A stretch of 63,977 nt of DNA, filler included, from Reclinomonas americana ATCC 50394 (Eukaryota), in NCBI GenBank assembly GCA_048213135.1. It is 6 parts of 5 records of this genome, joined end to end, with 100 filler letters (N's around TTAATTAATTAA, not from the genome) between each part and the next. Parts side by side here need not be neighbours in the genome. Positions count along the whole stretch, not along the records: positions 59,025 to 62,497 come from PS015344.1; positions 62,598 to 63,977 come from PS015357.1; 4 more parts are not named here. One strand, written 5' to 3'. The notes beneath the pieces are model-generated. The model searched no databases, was not told where the DNA came from, and saw only the letters and a program-made list of their open reading frames with translations. Positions 59,476-63,977 of the stretch are shown piece by piece. A program made the translations under genes and the position numbers. How positions within the stretch are numbered: the stretch's first letter is position 1; the number at the start of each line of letters is the position of its first letter.

Positions 59476-60141
59476 NNNNNNNNNNNNNNNNNNNNNNNNN
59501 NNNNNNNNNNNNNNNNNNNNNNNNNNNNNNNNNNNNNNNNNNNNNNNNNNNNNNNNNNNNNNNNNNNNNNNNNNNNNNNNNNNNNNNNNNNNNNNNNNNN
59601 NNNNNNNNNNNNNNNNNNNNNNNNNNNNNNNNNNNNNNNNNNNNNNNNNNNNNNNNNNNNNNNNNNNNNNNNNNNNNNNNNNNNNNNNNNNNNNNNNNNN
59701 NNNNNNNNNNNNNNNNNNNNNNNNNNNNNNNNNNNNNNNNNNNNNNNNNNNNNNNNNNNNNNNNNNNNNNNNNNNNNNNNNNNNNNNNNNNNNNNNNNNN
59801 NNNNNNNNNNNNNNNNNNNNNNNNNNNNNNNNNNNNNNNNNNNNNNNNNNNNNNNNNNNNNNNNNNNNNNNNNNNNNNNNNNNNNNNNNNNNNNNNNNNN
59901 NNNNNNNNNNNNNNNNNNNNNNNNNNNNNNNNNNNNNNNNNNNNNNNNNNNNNNNNNNNNNNNNNNNNNNNNNNNNNNNNNNNNNNNNNNNNNNNNNNNN
60001 NNNNNNNNNNNNNNNNNNNNNNNNNNNNNNNNNNNNNNNNNNNNNNNNNNNNNNNNNNNNNNNNNNNNNNNNNNNNNNNNNNNNNNNNNNNNNNNNNNNN
60101 NNNNNNNNNNNNNNNNNNNNNNNNNNNNNNNNNNNNNNNNN

Positions 60142-60645
60142 AATCTCAACGCTACATACTCTAAACATCGCCACAACAATAACCCCATCATGGCGAGGTG
60201 CAGAGTGTGCAACATGGGACAGCCAGAGACAGTAGCGCACCTCTTGTGCTGGTGTGAGGCACAGAAAGACAATGTGACGAGTCGGCACAACAGAGTGGCA
60301 ACGATCTTGCACGAGGAGCTCAGAGACTCGATTGTACACAGAGAGGCAGTCTTCTACACTGAGAAAGTACCGCAGAACTTGTTGGCAGCAGGAGAAGACC
60401 AGTTGGCACAGCTGAAACCAGACATTGTGGCCGTGACTCGAGCAGGTCCAGATGCCGATGCACAGGTGACGAAGGTGCTGATTGTGGAGCTCACCGTGGC
60501 GTACCCGAAGGACGCTGAGGCGCTCCAGAAGGCGTACGACCGCAAGTTGGCGAAGTATGCCGAGCTGGTGGAGAAGATCCGAACGCACACTGAAGCGGTG
60601 GTTACGTACGTGCCGATTGTTTTCACCCAAGTTGGTTCGTGCGCG
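60142..60645 (+). CDS. CCHC zinc knuckle + restriction-like endonuclease part of the same ORF (segment inverted in the assembly)
   Basis: CRVCNMGQPETVAHLLCWC, RHNRV, LKPDIV, IVELTV, RKLAKY. Its end (VGSCA) continues directly into QTTRASLKKMG at 59475 on the minus strand. Confidence 0.9.
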
Positions 60646-60785
60646 NNNNNNNNNNNNNNNNNNNNNNNNNNNNNNNNNNNNNNNNNNNNNNNNNNNNNNN
60701 NNNNNNNNNNNNNNNNNNNNNNNNNNNNNNNNNNNNNNNNNNNNNNNNNNNNNNNNNNNNNNNNNNNNNNNNNNNNNNNNNNNNN

Positions 60786-62497
60786 AGAGAGAGTTGGTGC
60801 GCAGTTTCAAGGCGAAAGACTGCTGTTTTGGATACAGACCACGACCGATTTTCAGGCAGTCGTGTGCACCAGCACCGTGACGGTAAGTGAAAGCAAAGCG
60901 ACCTGACTTTCTCGGGTGCATGTCTCCGTTTTCTTCTGCCACGTCTTCGCTCCACTTCTCGGACTTCTGTTTTCCTTGAAACTTGTTGACAGACTTCAGA
61001 AACTTCTCAGTGAACGGAAAGACAGTCGTGTTGTCGGGGAGACGGCCAATCGTGGTGGTCTTCTGGGTGACAGGATCGGTGTAGGAGTCTACACTGAATC
61101 TGTGCTTCGCTGCTAGTGTGGCTGCGGTGGCGATGATGTTCTCTGCCTTGTCTGTCTTTCCTGGCTGCTGACCATTGAACACAAAGGTACCGTCTTCTCT
61201 CGCGACAAAGGGAAAGTCAAAGAAACGGGGGGGAGCATTGACGTCTACCTGCTGGCGGTGCAGCTCCTTGTGGTTCTGCACGACTTCTCTCTTGAACAGG
61301 TGGTCGGTGGGAGGGACAGCGTTGTCAGGCAAGAGTGCAAACTTCTCCATCGTGTCTGCCTTCACTCTGTGTGCCACATTTCTGACAAGGGTGCGCACGC
61401 TCGTGAGGAGCTTGTGTGCCGACGAGATGAGGAGTGGTGCGCGACGGTCGGCCAGGGATTGAACTCCCAGCCCACCCATAGAGAGCGGTGTCTCTATCAC
61501 TGTGTTGCCAGCTTCTTTTCCTAGTCCCGTGGCAGCTCTCACTGCCTCTCTGAGCTTGGTGTCTATCTCGTTGAGTAGTGTCGCTGTAAGATCGATAGAC
61601 TGCATGACGAATGTGGCTTTCGGCAGAATAAAGGTGCGGATAGCATCGACTTTCTGGAGAGGAGTGAGGTTGCAGTCGCTAACTGCTTCCAGTGGCACAT
61701 AGATCTGTTCTCTGATGTAGTCTTTCTGTGCTTCCATCGTGGACTTCTTTCTGTGTGGGAGACCATAGAAGAAGCCCAGCCATCGAGTGGGTGCAGTGTC
61801 ACGTGTCAGGTGTTGCAGTGGGTGCCCCGTGTGGGAGAGGTTCGGGTCAAACTCTTCTAGCACGTAGCTGGATTGCTGCTGGGCCTGTTTCTTGACGGCG
61901 CGGATCGCGAAGACCAACGACTTCTCCGGGTTGTCCTTGACACCGGACCACTCGCCGATCCGTTGCGACTCGTCCAGGACCATCTGCGCTTGTTGCACCG
62001 ATGAGAGACACACGTGGCGATCATCAGCAAAGGCGGATACGTGGACGCGGATGGAGGCATCCTTGGCAAAGCGGTATCCGACTTCCAGCTGCTTGACGCG
62101 GCGGATGAAGATCGAGGCCACGAGGTTGAAGATGAACGGACTCAACACGTCGCCTTGGGGAACGCCGACCCTCTGGTGCATGATCTTGGTGTGGAGGCCT
62201 TCCTGGCATGTCGNNNNNNNNNNNNNNNNNNNNNNNNNNNNNNNNNNNNNNNNNNNNNNNNNNNNNNNNNNNNNNNNNNNNNNNNNNNNNNNNNNNNNNN
62301 NNNNNNNNNNNNNNNNNNNNNNNNNNNNNNNNNNNNNNNNNNNNNCGAAGAACGGCATGTACCGCATCCAGTCTGCCACCATGTCGATCGATGTAGGGAG
62401 GAAAGTTCATCGCTTTCAGTGTGAGATCAATCAGTTCAGGGCACACAGAGTCGTAGGCACGCTTGTAGTCGAGGAGGAGAACAATCAAGTTGTTCTC
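60786..62497 (-). CDS. Reverse transcriptase and thumb/linker part of the retrotransposon ORF
   Basis: RT motifs as above, open to ...FALKLRTNSL. Apparent 1-nt frameshift near 62388, next to a gap. Confidence 0.9.
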
Positions 62498-62541
62498 NNN
62501 NNNNNNNNNNNNNNNNNNNNNNNNNNNNNNNNNNNNNNNNN

Positions 62542-62553
62542 TTAATTAATTAA
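62542..62553. other. Artificial scaffold-joining linker
   Basis: TTAATTAATTAA within N padding. Confidence 0.97.
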
Positions 62554-62597
62554 NNNNNNNNNNNNNNNNNNNNNNNNNNNNNNNNNNNNNNNNNNNN

Positions 62598-63895
62598 GCA
62601 CTCCAGCACATGCCGAACAAGTTCCGGCGAGAACTCTGGCTGGTTGGCGTACTCTGACAGCTTGTTGATTGTGCTCGGGGTCAGTCGGTCCATGTCGTAA
62701 ATCTCCATGACGTGGCGCAAGCGCGGGTCCTGCATTTCGATCAACACGCATGTGAGCGCAAGCAATGATCACATACATATCAGCAGTCACGTCCAAACCT
62801 TTAGCGCGGTGCGCACTTCGTCCATGGTCTGCGGTTTTCCGAGAACCAGCATCAGCGCCTTCAGCACGACTTCGATTTCTGGTCTGAACTGCTTCATGTC
62901 GCGCAGTTGTCGCAGGTCCGCCGCTTCGGGGAGCGGGAGAGCAGCTGACGCCTCGTCTCTCGCCAGAACAGCCTGCGACCGTGGTTGAGAACAAGCGACC
63001 AGGATTGGTAAACTAAAAAGCGAGCACGCGCACACACCTGCTCCACTTGCAACGAGGCGATTTCGCACTCATCGCGTGCATTGTCGACGGCGCGTTGCAG
63101 CCGCACAATGGTCTCCTCCAGCTCGCCCAGTGTCTGCCAGCGTTGAATGAATAAGCAATCAACAGCGAACTGCGAATCGCTGGCACAAGGATAATAACTC
63201 TGTCACTCACTCTCACACACACACACAAACACACATTTCCAAGGTACTACATAAAATTTCGCCTGTCTCTGTTCGCACCAATTTGCGGTTCTGACACTTG
63301 CTCTTTCGTCATTTTCCCTATCTCCACGGATTCCAATTCAACTTATGCCTACTGCTGTCTTTCCCTTCTCCCCTTCCCCCTCCCCATTACCCCTTTCCCC
63401 CCTTTTCCCCCTCCCACCACTCACCATCAAATCCAGCTCATTCGTGCTCAGTGCCTGCAGAAAACTCGAATCGCTCTCGGAGGTCTTTGGTCGGCGCAGC
63501 GGCGCACTCCCAGCCGCCAGCGGTCGCACGTGTCGCATGCGCTCCTCGGACAGCAACTGCGGTCGATACTGCAGCGGCACTCGCGAGCCACTGCCACCGG
63601 CCGCCGCCAACTCCACACCGTCGCTCTGCAGCTCGCCTTCGGAGGGAAGGGCGGCGACTGCATCCAGCAGCGACTGCGGAATCGCCTGTACGTCACCGTG
63701 CCCGAGCTGCTTCGCCTGGCGACTGTTGGGCGGTGACACGTCGCCCCTCGCGTCGTCACCAGCCACGTCCACATATTGCAGCTGGCGTCCATTGGTGGCG
63801 TACGGCGGCGGCTGCCGACCCGAGTTGTCCGGCGACGACTCGATGCGCTCGACGGCATCGAGAACACGCTGAATGCTAGTCTCGAAATCCACCTC
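62598..63895 (-). CDS. Partial multi-exon gene encoding a low-complexity region, a coiled coil and a dynein-stalk-type microtubule-binding domain
   Basis: Spliced ADLRQLRDMKQFRPEIEVVLKALMLVLGKPQTMDEVRTALK|DPRLRHVMEIYDMDRLTPSTINKLSEYANQPEFSPELVRHV follows the dynein MTBD helix pattern (..VxxVxxA(V/L)xx(L/V)LG..YDxDxI..KxxxYxxxPxFxPExV). Confidence 0.7.
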
Positions 63896-63977
63896 CTGCA
63901 ACACATACACACGCACACGCATGGTGAGACAAAGCACACAAAATATCTTCATCAATTCGCCCACCCGCACCTCATCA

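Larger units (their letters stand above)
59025..62497 (-). mobile_element. Non-LTR retrotransposon with C-terminal restriction-like endonuclease (R2/NeSL/R4-type superfamily), 5' end missing
   Basis: RT motifs LLLDYKRAYDSV, GVPQGDVLSPFIFN and SAFADD. CCHC finger plus RHN..PD..E..K..KY endonuclease. Intronless, with a composition distinct from host genes. Confidence 0.93.

Noticed and set aside
60142..60645. Genuine internal inversion of the retrotransposon
   Set aside because: Both breakpoints are assembly gaps and the flipped piece joins in frame, so mis-scaffolding is simpler.
59025..62497. Reverse transcriptase as the diversifier of the WD40 array (DGR-like system)
   Set aside because: It is a non-LTR retrotransposon RT on a separate scaffold. 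No template/variable repeat pair or adenine-specific mutation pattern is evident.
31767..62553. Five identical TTAATTAATTAA palindromes as biological sites
   Set aside because: Each sits in the middle of a 100-nt N-padded spacer and gives stops in six frames. They are concatenation linkers, so gene neighbourhood across them has no meaning.

Overview
Intron-rich, GC-rich eukaryotic (protist-like) draft genome sequence. It is not one contiguous locus: five artificial 100-nt spacers (44 N + TTAATTAATTAA + 44 N) split it into six unlinked scaffolds (1-31722, 31823-40185, 40286-51439, 51540-58924, 59025-62497, 62598-63977). Several gap-flanked contigs also look mis-oriented. Scaffold 1 carries the 3' end of a probable DDX24/MAK5-like gene, a POT/PTR2 (SLC15) peptide transporter, a CAMSAP/Patronin gene (CH + CKK) and a PAK/STE20 kinase. 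Its standout feature is an ~18-kb tandem array of at least 13 intronless paralogous 7-repeat WD40 genes. These have near-identical 42-aa repeat scaffolds, variation concentrated at propeller top-face positions, mosaic repeat exchange between paralogs, a conserved ~60-aa C-terminal tail and a shared palindromic upstream element. Together this looks like a diversifying recognition-protein repertoire. Scaffold 2 holds a U-box E3 ligase and a large NHL/IPT/EGF multi-pass membrane protein whose cytoplasmic part contains an unrecognised repeated domain. Scaffold 3 holds a Pro-rich coiled-coil gene and XPG/RAD2. Scaffold 4 holds a GNAT acetyltransferase. Scaffold 5 is a non-LTR retrotransposon (RT + CCHC + restriction-like endonuclease). 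Scaffold 6 encodes a dynein-stalk microtubule-binding domain in an apparently non-motor protein. All family calls come from motif recognition by eye; no database searches were run, and exon boundaries are manual predictions.
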